DNA of 31,551 bases from positions 1-31,551 of the IMG/VR virus record IMGVR_UViG_3300026125_000015; one strand, given 5' to 3'. The notes under the pieces were generated by a model. It saw only the letters and a program-made list of their open reading frames with translations, was not told the origin of the DNA and made no database searches. This stretch comes from a virus. Taxonomy: Duplodnaviria > Caudoviricetes. Made by a program: the position numbers and the translations under genes. The stretch's first letter is position 1, and every line of letters starts with the position of its first letter. Positions 1-8,594 of this stretch are shown piece by piece.

Positions 1-2
1 AT

Positions 3-347
3 ACCTGGGGCTTAGTAGGCGGCACTAACGAAGATGGCGAAACTCCGTGGATTGCACTCCAAAGAGAAATACAAGAAGAAATCGGTTCTGTTGATATTAC
101 TAAAACTGTTCCACTAGAAAGTTTTGTTAGTAACGACAGTAGATTTCACTTCCATACATATCTGTGTTTTGTAAATGAAGAATTCTTACCCGACCTAAAT
201 CCAGAACATGACGGATATGCTTGGGTAACATTTGGCAAGTGGCCAAAAGGATTACATCACGGATTACGAAACACACTACAAAACAAATCTAATCAGAATA
301 AAATAAAAACAGTTGTACAAGTACTAGAGGTATTAAATGAGCAATAA
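3..347 (+). CDS. Nudix hydrolase, 5'-truncated by the window edge (absent from the ORF track)
   Basis: Frame from position 3 reads TWGLVGGTNEDGETPWIALQREIQEEIG, a perfect Nudix box GX5EX7REUXEEXG. It continues ...EHDGYAWV...LHHGL... to TAA at 345-347, overlapping the next ATG at 337. Confidence 0.92.
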   Translation, partial: TWGLVGGTNEDGETPWIALQREIQEEIGSVDITKTVPLESFVSNDSRFHFHTYLCFVNEEFLPDLNPEHDGYAWVTFGKWPKGLHHGLRNTLQNKSNQNKIKTVVQVLEVLNEQ

Positions 348-693
348 CGTTAAACAGCACGAGTGGGGAACTGAAGTTATATGGGCTAATAAAGATAATT
401 ACTGTTCTAAAATTCTAATATTTAATGCTCATGCTAAAACTCCGTTTTTCTTTCATAAACAAAAAGAAAAGACATACTTCGTTAATAGTGGCGAATTTAA
501 AATTAAATACATTAATACTAAAGATGGTGAAATTTTCGAAGCGCCTTTAGTTGAAGGACAGACTTTTGATGTTCCGTCATTGATGCCAGTATGCATAGAA
601 GCAGTTAAGGAACAGTCAGTTTTAGCAGAAGCAAGTAACGGTGAATACGCAGACGACGAGTATATTGTTTATAAGGCCAGTTTAATAAAATGA
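337..693 (+). CDS. Cupin-fold protein (mannose-6-phosphate isomerase/lyxose isomerase-like), metal ligands apparently degenerate
   Basis: WGTEVIWANKDNYCSKIL and FHKQKEKTYFVNSG resemble the phage cupin pattern WGxExIW..YCxK..SxHxH..KxET..V.xG. GAGG RBS at ~327-330. Confidence 0.7.
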   Translation: MSNNVKQHEWGTEVIWANKDNYCSKILIFNAHAKTPFFFHKQKEKTYFVNSGEFKIKYINTKDGEIFEAPLVEGQTFDVPSLMPVCIEAVKEQSVLAEASNGEYADDEYIVYKASLIK

Positions 694-953
694 TTACTAG
701 TTTAAGAAATAGTGAAAGATATAAAAAAGATCTACTGAAATATAAGTCTTATATTTCTAAGTGCAAGGGTGCAAAACAAGAAAAGTTAAAACTGTTAATC
801 GAAACGTATGACAACTTCGCAAAAGAAATAGACGATCAGCACAACTCTGCACTTGGCGGAGTTTTACGTCCTATTATGGCAAGAGATGCTAGATTTGAAT
901 TAGCTAAGATGCGAGAAAAGTTAGATAAATTTGTAAAAAATTTAGATAACTGA
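690..953 (+). CDS. Hypothetical basic helical protein
   Basis: 87 aa. Overlaps the cupin stop by 4 nt (ATGA), suggesting translational coupling. No recognisable motif. Confidence 0.7.
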   Translation: MITSLRNSERYKKDLLKYKSYISKCKGAKQEKLKLLIETYDNFAKEIDDQHNSALGGVLRPIMARDARFELAKMREKLDKFVKNLDN

Positions 954-2519
954 AAGTCTCTTAACGATAATTGCACCAACCATTGCTGGGTGAAGAGTAC
1001 ATTGATATCTATATGTACCACTAATAGTTTCAGGAACTTCCCAGTACAATGTTCCTCCGTCTTTACCTTGGGCATCTGCGCCTGTACTAACGTTACCGAT
1101 TATGTCTACATGCACTAAACCTGTATTGTACGGAGTACCTGTTCCGTCCTCAATTTGGAATGGGTGACCGCCAATGCCGTCTAAGTCAAATGCTATTGTA
1201 GTTCCTCCTAATGCATACAAAGAAGGATTGTTGCCTGTATACCCGTGACTGTCGCAACTATATGCTGTATTACCAACATTATTCATTCTCAGCATTGCTA
1301 TTGCTGGCATATAACTCTTATCTATTGTGCGTCCTGTTCTTTGAACTTCTTCGAGATCGTCATATTTGCTTACACCGAGTGTTCCAGTAAATGATACAGT
1401 TAATCTACCAGTAGTACCGTCTGCTGTAGTAGATATAAGAGTTCCGCCTGCAATAGTAATACTATCTGTTGTAGTTTCAGCAACTATTGACCCTACATCG
1501 CCTCTTATAGTTTCAAACAAGTTTTGGTCTGGATCGCCGCCACCTCCACTTACTGTATCTGGAGTCCATGCTGCGCCGTTCCATACAAGTGTTTGTCCAG
1601 TAGCCGGTACGGTTGCCGCTACATTTGAAAGGTCTTCTATATTTACAGGAATTATATTTGTTGTATCTGTTAAATCACTTACATCAGCTGGTATTACTCC
1701 AGTAGTGTCTGTTAAATCACTTACATCAGCTGGTATTACTCCAGTAGTGTCTGTTAAATCACTTACATCGGCTGGTATTACTCCAGTAGTGTCTGTTAGG
1801 TCACTTACGTCTGCAGGTATTACTCCGGTAGTGTCTGTTAGGTCACTTACATCGGCCGGAATTATATTTGTTGTATCTGTTAAATCACTTACATCAGCTG
1901 GAATAGTTGGTTTATTGTTTAAGTTATTATAGTTCAAATAATACGAACCTGAAAACCCACTTAGTGTTGTAGCATCTAACCCTGCGCCGCCTTCAGCAAC
2001 GTCAGTACCGGGTGCCCACTTAGCTCCGTCCCATTTTAGTACATCGCCTGTAGTTGGCTGAGTGTCGAATGTATCTACGTCAGTTAAATCATTAATACTT
2101 AAAACAGGTGTAGGAACAGTAGCATTAATTGTAAGTGTAGATCCACTAACTGCTGTGTCAACATTTGTTCCGCCTGCAATAGTAATCGTATCTGTTGGAC
2201 TTGTAGCAGTAACATTTCCTGCATCTGAATTAACTGTAGCAAAACTATTTGTTGCTAAAGGTATATTACCTACAAAGTTAATTGTTATTTCGTCACCTGA
2301 AATTTCTGTTTCAATTTCAGATCCGCCAGTTACAGTCATTGTGTCCGCAGTGGTGTTAGCGGTAGTTGTTCCAGTATCTGCAACAAATGTTGTAAAGCTA
2401 TTCGGAGTTGCTGCTACCCCTGCATCTACTATCCAAGCGGTACCATTCCAGCGCCATGTGGTGTCGCCATCTGTAAATGTATCATCAACTATTGGATTTG
2501 CTGGAAAGTTTAAAGCCAT
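942..2519 (-). CDS. Virion fibre-like protein with 14-aa tandem repeats and C-terminal cupredoxin-like domain
   Basis: N-terminal MALNFPANP...WRWNGTAW fibre motif; three F.T...G..TA...DT+T+.GG units; two DL.DV...P..G..L.W(D/N)G..W.P linkers; C-terminal GHPFQI...YRYQCTLHPAMVG. AAGGA RBS upstream. Confidence 0.8.
   Translation of the reverse strand: MALNFPANPIVDDTFTDGDTTWRWNGTAWIVDAGVAATPNSFTTFVADTGTTTANTTADTMTVTGGSEIETEISGDEITINFVGNIPLATNSFATVNSDAGNVTATSPTDTITIAGGTNVDTAVSGSTLTINATVPTPVLSINDLTDVDTFDTQPTTGDVLKWDGAKWAPGTDVAEGGAGLDATTLSGFSGSYYLNYNNLNNKPTIPADVSDLTDTTNIIPADVSDLTDTTGVIPADVSDLTDTTGVIPADVSDLTDTTGVIPADVSDLTDTTGVIPADVSDLTDTTNIIPVNIEDLSNVAATVPATGQTLVWNGAAWTPDTVSGGGGDPDQNLFETIRGDVGSIVAETTTDSITIAGGTLISTTADGTTGRLTVSFTGTLGVSKYDDLEEVQRTGRTIDKSYMPAIAMLRMNNVGNTAYSCDSHGYTGNNPSLYALGGTTIAFDLDGIGGHPFQIEDGTGTPYNTGLVHVDIIGNVSTGADAQGKDGGTLYWEVPETISGTYRYQCTLHPAMVGAIIVKRLSVI
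1648..1904 (-). repeat. Six tandem 42-bp units encoding IPADVSDLTDTT(NI/GV)
   Basis: Directly visible. The outer units at 1648-1691 and 1858-1901 are identical over 44 bp; the inner four encode the GV variant with only synonymous differences. Confidence 0.97.
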
Positions 2520-2531
2520 TTATTGTTCCTT

Positions 2532-4079
2532 TTAAGTATTTATTGATACTGTTCCTGTTATATTATAAGGTTGCCTACCGTATTTAGTATAAGCATGTCT
2601 GTTTGGAGAGCCCATTATACTATTTTCGAAGTTATCATAGTCGTTATCAACTAACGTATCATTCAATTCTGATTTAGCATCAGATGTTAATTTGTTAAAA
2701 ACTCGTTGAGGTGTAGCGTCTGGAGCAACTTGTAAATATAATGCTGCTATACCTGCAACTTGCGGTGATGCCATACTAGTACCACCGATGCTCATTATCT
2801 TATAATTGCTATCGTTTGGATATTCAAACACAGTGTATACCGGATCAGCATCATTACTTGTTGTACTCATTATGTCAGTACCGGGCGCCCATATATTTAC
2901 TGCTGGACCTTTTTTAGACGATCCTGCTGTTTTATCAACACCGCCTAATGTTGTAGAATCAATATTTCCGACTATAAATGCTTCTGTAGAATACGGCGAA
3001 CTTGGTCTATGATAGAATACTTGCTGTCCGTCAATATTAACGTAATTATCATAATCAACGCCGCCTGGTAAGTCTGCTTTGTAATAATCGTTACCAGCAG
3101 CAATACATACAATAATTCCAGCATCTATCATATCTTCTATTTCTGCATCAACTGATGCCACTTGTGCTGGCAATCGTCTATTTCCGTCACCATAAGCGGG
3201 AACTATTCCTGTTCCGGCCCATAACTCATTGCCTGTGTTATAATCAGCACCATAAACCCAACCTGTTCCTCTATAGTTGCCAGTAGTAGGATCACTAGCT
3301 GTTGTAAATACGTATCCCCAGCTCATATTGACAACTGTTGGACGTCCGTTAGTTTTAGCGTTGTGCCATAGTCTAATAGCATCAAATGCATCTGCAATCG
3401 GAATACCCGTTCCGTCTGGTCCTTGAAGTGTTTCTAATCCGCCTAACTTTTGAGAATAAATGTGTGCTCCTTTAGCCCAACCATATGTTAGCCCTGCTGC
3501 AATGCCGGCACAATGGGTACCGTGTCCGTCTAAATCTCTATAATGATTAGGACTTTGTGTTCCTGGTAATCCGCTTGCTGTATACCAGTCTATTTGTTGT
3601 ACTCTACTGTTACCACTATAGTCGTTAAAGTCTGGATGGTCAGGTTGTATACCACTGTCTTGTATTACAACGTCTACTCCGTTGCCATCTAAGGCATATT
3701 GGTAATCGCCTAATACAGTGGACGATGTTCCGTATATATTTGTTTCGGCAATTACTCTACGTAATCCCCAATTTATATCAGTATTGTCGTTGAACCCTCG
3801 ATAAAAGTTTCCGCTTTGAAATGCGCGAAAACCAATTTGAATATCATCTCGTTGATCAGGAGGTATTTCAACACTTAATACTCTTGGATCGTGTCTTAAA
3901 TCTTCTGCTTCTTCGTCAGTAAGCATCCAATGTGTCATTCTTTTAGAGCCTAATCTAGGGTTAGCAATATCAACTGCTCGTGAAGGTATTGCGCCATGTC
4001 CTTGCTCTGCTGCAAGTTCGGCATCAAATTCTTCTATGTTAACTCCTCTATGGACAACTACAATATATTCTTTTTCCAT
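2532..4079 (-). CDS. Subtilisin-like serine protease (peptidase S8) with N-terminal prodomain-like region
   Basis: Catalytic motifs VDVVIQDSG (Asp), HGTHCAG (His), AAGND (oxyanion Asn), GGTSMASPQVAG (Ser), plus VVNMSWG. N-terminal EYIVV...LRHDPRVLSVE resembles an I9-type propeptide. Confidence 0.95.
   Translation of the reverse strand: MEKEYIVVVHRGVNIEEFDAELAAEQGHGAIPSRAVDIANPRLGSKRMTHWMLTDEEAEDLRHDPRVLSVEIPPDQRDDIQIGFRAFQSGNFYRGFNDNTDINWGLRRVIAETNIYGTSSTVLGDYQYALDGNGVDVVIQDSGIQPDHPDFNDYSGNSRVQQIDWYTASGLPGTQSPNHYRDLDGHGTHCAGIAAGLTYGWAKGAHIYSQKLGGLETLQGPDGTGIPIADAFDAIRLWHNAKTNGRPTVVNMSWGYVFTTASDPTTGNYRGTGWVYGADYNTGNELWAGTGIVPAYGDGNRRLPAQVASVDAEIEDMIDAGIIVCIAAGNDYYKADLPGGVDYDNYVNIDGQQVFYHRPSSPYSTEAFIVGNIDSTTLGGVDKTAGSSKKGPAVNIWAPGTDIMSTTSNDADPVYTVFEYPNDSNYKIMSIGGTSMASPQVAGIAALYLQVAPDATPQRVFNKLTSDAKSELNDTLVDNDYDNFENSIMGSPNRHAYTKYGRQPYNITGTVSINT
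2536..2543 (-). promoter_or_regulatory. Late-promoter-like motif ATAAATAC
   Basis: Resembles the T4 gp55 box TATAAATA; just upstream of the RBS of 942..2519. Confidence 0.55.
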
Positions 4080-4083
4080 ACTA

Positions 4084-4091
4084 ATATTTAC
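4084..4091 (-). promoter_or_regulatory. Late-promoter-like motif GTAAATAT
   Basis: In the intergenic gap 4 nt before the S8 protease ATG. Confidence 0.5.
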
Positions 4092-4097
4092 CTTAGA

Positions 4098-5384
4098 TTA
4101 TAATCCTGTTTTATAGATGTACATTGCACCTGAGTTAGTGCCATCGTCGCTATCTTCTGCAGGAGTTGATATTGCTAAGTAATCTGGACTTGCAGACATT
4201 AAGTGTCCGAACTGATCGTTATCCGGCGTTCCGTATATATTAGGATTAGTTAACGTTGCAATTAATTCTCCTTGTAAGTCAAATGTATACACTACACCAG
4301 AATTATTGTTTTCGTTAATGCTTGCTACAGCAAAATAATTTGCCGTTATTGCAACTTCTTCGCCAAATGCATCGCTTGTAGCACTTCCGCTATCGTTAGG
4401 ATTATCTACAGTTAGTATTAAATCCCAATTAGTAGTTATTGTATTATACTGAAAAACATATGCAACACCTGTTTCTGTATTTGTTGCAGTATCTTCGCCT
4501 GTAGCACCTACTATAATTAAATCGTTGTATATGTCAACACTTCGGCCAAATCTATCAAACGTTTGCGCTCCATAATTATTCGGATTTTCTATCGATGTTA
4601 CGCTTCCGTTTGTTAAATTAATAATGTGTATTGCACCACTATCGCCTAGTCCGTCTACACTTGAGTTATCCCTCCAAGAACCAACTACTGCATAATTGCC
4701 AGATGCTGCTAGTGTTTGAACAAGTTCGCCTAACTGATCTCCTGGATACTCTAATACATTATCAACGTTAGGGTTTTCTATACTATAAAGGAGAGTTCCA
4801 GTTGCATTATTGTAAACATATATCCACCCTGTATTGTCACCACCTGACGATCCGTCTTCTCTAAATGCAGCAACAACACTGTATGCGTCCGTTACTGCAA
4901 CGGCGCTACCAAATCTGTCACCGTCATTAATTTGGTCTATGTTTGCACTATCAGGGTTAATAAATGTCCAAACTAATGAAAGATCATTTATATCATATAA
5001 GTATGCTGCGCCACCTTCTGAATCAGTACCATTGTCTTCTGACCATGCACTAATTAGAATGTAATTATCGCTTACTGCAACTGCTCTACCAAAGTTGTCA
5101 GCAGGATCATCACCACCGCCGGCAGGATTAGGGTTGTTAATTACATTTTCTAATTTTCCAGTTGTATCGTATACATATGCCTTACCGTTTTGTATATTTG
5201 TATCATCACTTTCGAGAGAACCTACAATAATTTTAGAGTTATTGTTTCCGATACTTATACCAAAAAAGTCACTTAGGCGTGTTCCGTAATTGTTAGGATT
5301 TATTATACTAGAGGTTAGAGCAAATGTCGGAATTTCACCAGCTTGTAAAAACGGAATACTTGCAATGGATCCTAATCTTGGCAT
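4098..5384 (-). CDS. FG-GAP (integrin-alpha-like) beta-propeller protein, candidate fibre-tip adhesin
   Basis: About seven repeats of NP....D.FG.SV.+....++VGA..ED.....G.AY++ (e.g. DNFGRAVAV, DRFGSAVAV, DRFGRSVDI, DAFGEEVAI, DQFGHLM). Confidence 0.88.
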   Translation of the reverse strand: MPRLGSIASIPFLQAGEIPTFALTSSIINPNNYGTRLSDFFGISIGNNNSKIIVGSLESDDTNIQNGKAYVYDTTGKLENVINNPNPAGGGDDPADNFGRAVAVSDNYILISAWSEDNGTDSEGGAAYLYDINDLSLVWTFINPDSANIDQINDGDRFGSAVAVTDAYSVVAAFREDGSSGGDNTGWIYVYNNATGTLLYSIENPNVDNVLEYPGDQLGELVQTLAASGNYAVVGSWRDNSSVDGLGDSGAIHIINLTNGSVTSIENPNNYGAQTFDRFGRSVDIYNDLIIVGATGEDTATNTETGVAYVFQYNTITTNWDLILTVDNPNDSGSATSDAFGEEVAITANYFAVASINENNNSGVVYTFDLQGELIATLTNPNIYGTPDNDQFGHLMSASPDYLAISTPAEDSDDGTNSGAMYIYKTGL

Positions 5385-5393
5385 ACTTAATCC

Positions 5394-6899
5394 TTACCCG
5401 TAACTAGAAACACTGCCAATTGCTGTCCAAGCATCTCCAGTTCTAATTAATACAAATGTTACTATGTCTATAGCATTAGGGGAACCAGTTGGTGCAATTC
5501 CTCCAGGATAATTTACTGTAACTGCTGCTCCGTCAACTGTTATTGCAGTAGGAAGATATGCTGTGCCGCCTTGAGATAGTATTAGTGTTGCTGTAATAGT
5601 TCTATTGTTTGATGTCGGAACGTTAATAAAGTTTGCAGTAAAGTTTCCAGTAATACTAGAATGATAATGTACGCTACTTTGTTCTACATCATGATTTACT
5701 ACCCCTGTTGCAGCAGTATACGTTGTCATTGTTTCAGTTTGGCCTGCAAATACTGACAGTCCGTCTAGGATTATTCCGTCAGGTGCAGTTATAGTAAATG
5801 TACTAGCACTGTCAAATATAGGAGCACCTACACCTATATTTGAAAAACTTTGTGTAGTGAGAGTTTCGGTATCAACAGTAAGTGCAGTGATGCTACTAAA
5901 TGATACATCATCTGTTGTGTTTAGCGACTGATCATATGCTTCGCCACCACCACCGCCTGATGCTTCGCTGTTAATTGTTAATGTATTTGTAGTGTTGTCT
6001 ACATCTATAGTAATATTCGTGCCAGCAGTAATAGTTAATACATCAGATCTATTAGATGCAGTAATTGTACTAGTCCCGCTAACTACACTTCCAAAAGTAT
6101 TAAATGCAGGGATAGGTGCTGTAGGTTGTACCCATTGTGCGCTGTCTTCGTCTTCTACATAAACAAACAATCTACCACTGTCGCTTTCGAACCAAATAGT
6201 ACCTGCTTGCGGTTCTTCTGGAGCAGTGTCACTAATTTCTATACTTGCTCCACCAGAACTTCCTGTTCCTGTCCCCGGATCTGCAACATTAATTAAATTG
6301 CCCATGTTTTGGTGTTTTTGACACCAATAATATAACACACTAGGAGTATCGTTAGTTACACGAATGCTAACTCTTCTAGTATTAGCAATTTCAAAGCCTG
6401 TCCAGTATTCTTGTTGTGTTACTTCTTTTCCGTCTAGTTTATATACAACACCATCTAGATAACTTGTACCGCCACCTAACGGACCGTTTAAATCGTCTGC
6501 ACTGAAGTTTAACGGATGTTGATTGTTTATTGTACCATTTTCATTTGGATAGTAAACGTTTGTATCATCGTCTTGAATAAATGTATAAGTGTATCCGACA
6601 ACAAAGTTTAATTCTGGTTTATATACTCCGTTTAGTATATATTTGTTGCCTTCGCCTTGGTTTTCAATAACAACAGTATATTCTACTGTTGCTATTTTAG
6701 ATTCTTCTACAGCGTCTTTTATATTTGTTTTTGTAACAACTTCAAACCCGCCTGGTAGATTTCCGTTATAAACTCGAAGTGTATTGGCTGTTTTGTCGAA
6801 GAAGACTTCACCACTAGCACCCACGTTTCTGTCTAAGAAGTCGTCAGGTCTAGGTATAATTCGAATTCTGTCTACAACTGGTGCTTGATTAGATGCCAT
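5394..6899 (-). CDS. Tail-fibre-like virion protein with internal cupredoxin-like domain
   Basis: N-terminal GEVFFDKTANTLRVYNG; HPLNFS...LYYWCQKHQNMGN; SDTAP..P.AGTIWFESDSGRLFVY..D.DSAQWV linker; C-terminal NYPGGIAPTG...DIVTF...W...G..YG fibre-tip domain. GAGGA RBS. Confidence 0.8.
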   Translation of the reverse strand: MASNQAPVVDRIRIIPRPDDFLDRNVGASGEVFFDKTANTLRVYNGNLPGGFEVVTKTNIKDAVEESKIATVEYTVVIENQGEGNKYILNGVYKPELNFVVGYTYTFIQDDDTNVYYPNENGTINNQHPLNFSADDLNGPLGGGTSYLDGVVYKLDGKEVTQQEYWTGFEIANTRRVSIRVTNDTPSVLYYWCQKHQNMGNLINVADPGTGTGSSGGASIEISDTAPEEPQAGTIWFESDSGRLFVYVEDEDSAQWVQPTAPIPAFNTFGSVVSGTSTITASNRSDVLTITAGTNITIDVDNTTNTLTINSEASGGGGGEAYDQSLNTTDDVSFSSITALTVDTETLTTQSFSNIGVGAPIFDSASTFTITAPDGIILDGLSVFAGQTETMTTYTAATGVVNHDVEQSSVHYHSSITGNFTANFINVPTSNNRTITATLILSQGGTAYLPTAITVDGAAVTVNYPGGIAPTGSPNAIDIVTFVLIRTGDAWTAIGSVSSYG

Positions 6900-6918
6900 A
6901 CTAGTTCCTCAATATAAA

Positions 6919-6926
6919 GTATTTAT
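6919..6926 (-). promoter_or_regulatory. Late-promoter-like motif ATAAATAC
   Basis: Intergenic, upstream of the GAGGA RBS of 5394..6899; marks the return from the enzyme block to structural genes. Confidence 0.6.
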
Positions 6927-6934
6927 CTGAAGTT

Positions 6935-7168
6935 CTAGTATATTCTTCTATAGTAGTGTTTCCACGTATCTTCAAATTCTTTTAATGCGTGTTCGCATGT
7001 AAAGTCAACATGAGTCTTATCGTGGCTTAATTTAGCTCTAGAATCAGTAATATGAAACCTTTGCCAACTCCAATTCAACCAATCTGCATGTGCCTGATTG
7101 CCTACTTTGTCTGATCTGTGCGAGTAAGGCACAATTTCAACTCTTGCAAACATTATCGTCTCCCCCAA
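6935..7168 (-). CDS. Hypothetical protein, last gene of the enzyme block
   Basis: 77 aa, overlaps the upstream gene. True start could be the ATG near 7153. No motif recognised. Confidence 0.6.
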   Translation of the reverse strand: MGETIMFARVEIVPYSHRSDKVGNQAHADWLNWSWQRFHITDSRAKLSHDKTHVDFTCEHALKEFEDTWKHYYRRIY

Positions 7169-7407
7169 GGTCCAAACTTACTTCCAAAAAATGCAGACAT
7201 AAAGTTATTCTGCTCTTCTTTTAAGTTATTATATTTATTGTTAACTTTTATCTGAGAGAGTACACGTACATACGATTCAGTAATAGAATCTACAACATCT
7301 TTATCAGTGTTATCTTCTATTAGAGTGTTATAAACATCTAATAATTCTTCTTCGGTTATAGGCCACGAAACACCTAACAGCTCTAAGTCGTTGTCTATAT
7401 TAATCAT
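7153..7407 (-). CDS. Small J-domain (DnaJ)-like protein lacking the HPD motif
   Basis: LELLGVSWPITEEELLDVYNTLIEDNTDK...ITESYVRVL aligns by eye with the J-domain pattern YEILGV...ASEEEIKKAYRKLAKKYHPDK...INEAYEVL. Confidence 0.5.
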   Translation of the reverse strand: MINIDNDLELLGVSWPITEEELLDVYNTLIEDNTDKDVVDSITESYVRVLSQIKVNNKYNNLKEEQNNFMSAFFGSKFGPWGRR

Positions 7408-8175
7408 TTATTTCCACTTCACATTCTTAAGAGGATTGTAATTAGCAATCCAACGATTATCCATTGTATTTGCCCGTACACGCAAGTTGTCAATATCCTT
7501 TTGTTCGTATCCACGTACAGTACCCTTTATGTCATCTTTTTTGATTAGAATATACTGGCAAAGAGGCGTACCTGCTGGAATATGAACTTCTCCGTCTAAC
7601 TCGTGCCAAGACATCTGTACGTTAAGAAAATTAGGTCCATAGTCTGGATCTAATAATCCTGTTGAAGCAGTAAATTCAAATCTATCCGGATACGGAATAG
7701 GCATACTCATTAAGTAATAACCTTTAGGAATATAAACCATCCACGGACTTTGTATTTTAAGAATTGTTTTAAGACTTCGTTTGTCGTCTATAAACTTTCC
7801 GTATAACGATTCAGGATGATATCCTACATAAGGCCATTGCCAATCGTGATCACAATCTACAGTTCTTTGGTCTATAGGAGTGAGCCAATCAAAACGTCCA
7901 TCTCCTCTAGTCTTAATACTTATGTCTTGCCAAGCACGTTGAATCCAGCCCCTTCTTGCTATATTAGAAATTCCTGGACAACGTGTTACGTGACTAAATT
8001 TACGATGTAACTTTGGTTCGTCTTGACGCTGTTTTTTATAATCTGCTACAGCATCTGCCCACCATTTGTACTTTACGTTTTTAGATTCTTCAATTGGCAT
8101 AATTTGTGCTACTTCGGGCAATAAAGATACAAATTCAACCTTAGGTTCTTTTCTTTTAAAAAGTTTAGTCAGCAT
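7408..8175 (-). CDS. Hypothetical CPG-motif protein (DUF6065-like/dUTPase-like beta fold), paralogue of 8595..9335
   Basis: Shared motifs RCPGI...GW...WQD, LKIQSPW.V..PKG, FEFTASTGLLDP, LNVQ..W, AGTPLCQYI. Confidence 0.65.
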   Translation of the reverse strand: MLTKLFKRKEPKVEFVSLLPEVAQIMPIEESKNVKYKWWADAVADYKKQRQDEPKLHRKFSHVTRCPGISNIARRGWIQRAWQDISIKTRGDGRFDWLTPIDQRTVDCDHDWQWPYVGYHPESLYGKFIDDKRSLKTILKIQSPWMVYIPKGYYLMSMPIPYPDRFEFTASTGLLDPDYGPNFLNVQMSWHELDGEVHIPAGTPLCQYILIKKDDIKGTVRGYEQKDIDNLRVRANTMDNRWIANYNPLKNVKWK

Positions 8176-8593
8176 TTAAACCACTCTCAAATTTCTTGTG
8201 AAGATCGTTCATTTTATCCTGTGTGCATATCCAGCAAACAACTTCGTCAGCATGTATTAACATTGGATCCCATGTTGGTAGATGATAACAACGAATATAC
8301 TGGTCTTCTTCTACTTCTTCTCCGTGAATAATTTCTTTTGTTAACGGAGCAGGCGGAAACTCTTCAAGTATTCGCTTATCCATTGGTGGTTGTAAAGTAA
8401 CAAATTCAGTATACACCCTTGCATCGTGTGTAAATGTTAGTATAACTTCTTTTTCTTTAAGAATAGTAGTTAACCAATGAATTAGTTTATATCTATCTTT
8501 TTGTACTTTACGTTTAGTGTAATCGTCTTTTGCTTCTCGTTTTACTTGCACATATTGTACAAATTCATTTGAATTGCGTTCTTCCATTGGCAT
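8165..8593 (-). CDS. Hypothetical protein, weak resemblance to phage WYL_2/Sm-like proteins
   Basis: 142 aa, coupled to both neighbours. WLTTILKEKEVILTFTH...VTLQP loosely recalls WYL_2 N-termini, but the WRSF motif is absent. Confidence 0.55.
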   Translation of the reverse strand: MPMEERNSNEFVQYVQVKREAKDDYTKRKVQKDRYKLIHWLTTILKEKEVILTFTHDARVYTEFVTLQPPMDKRILEEFPPAPLTKEIIHGEEVEEDQYIRCYHLPTWDPMLIHADEVVCWICTQDKMNDLHKKFESGLNAD

Positions 8594-8594
8594 G

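Noticed and set aside
1648-1904. Possible CRISPR array
   Set aside because: Units are contiguous with no unique spacers, are in frame within a CDS and vary at synonymous sites; no cas genes in the window.
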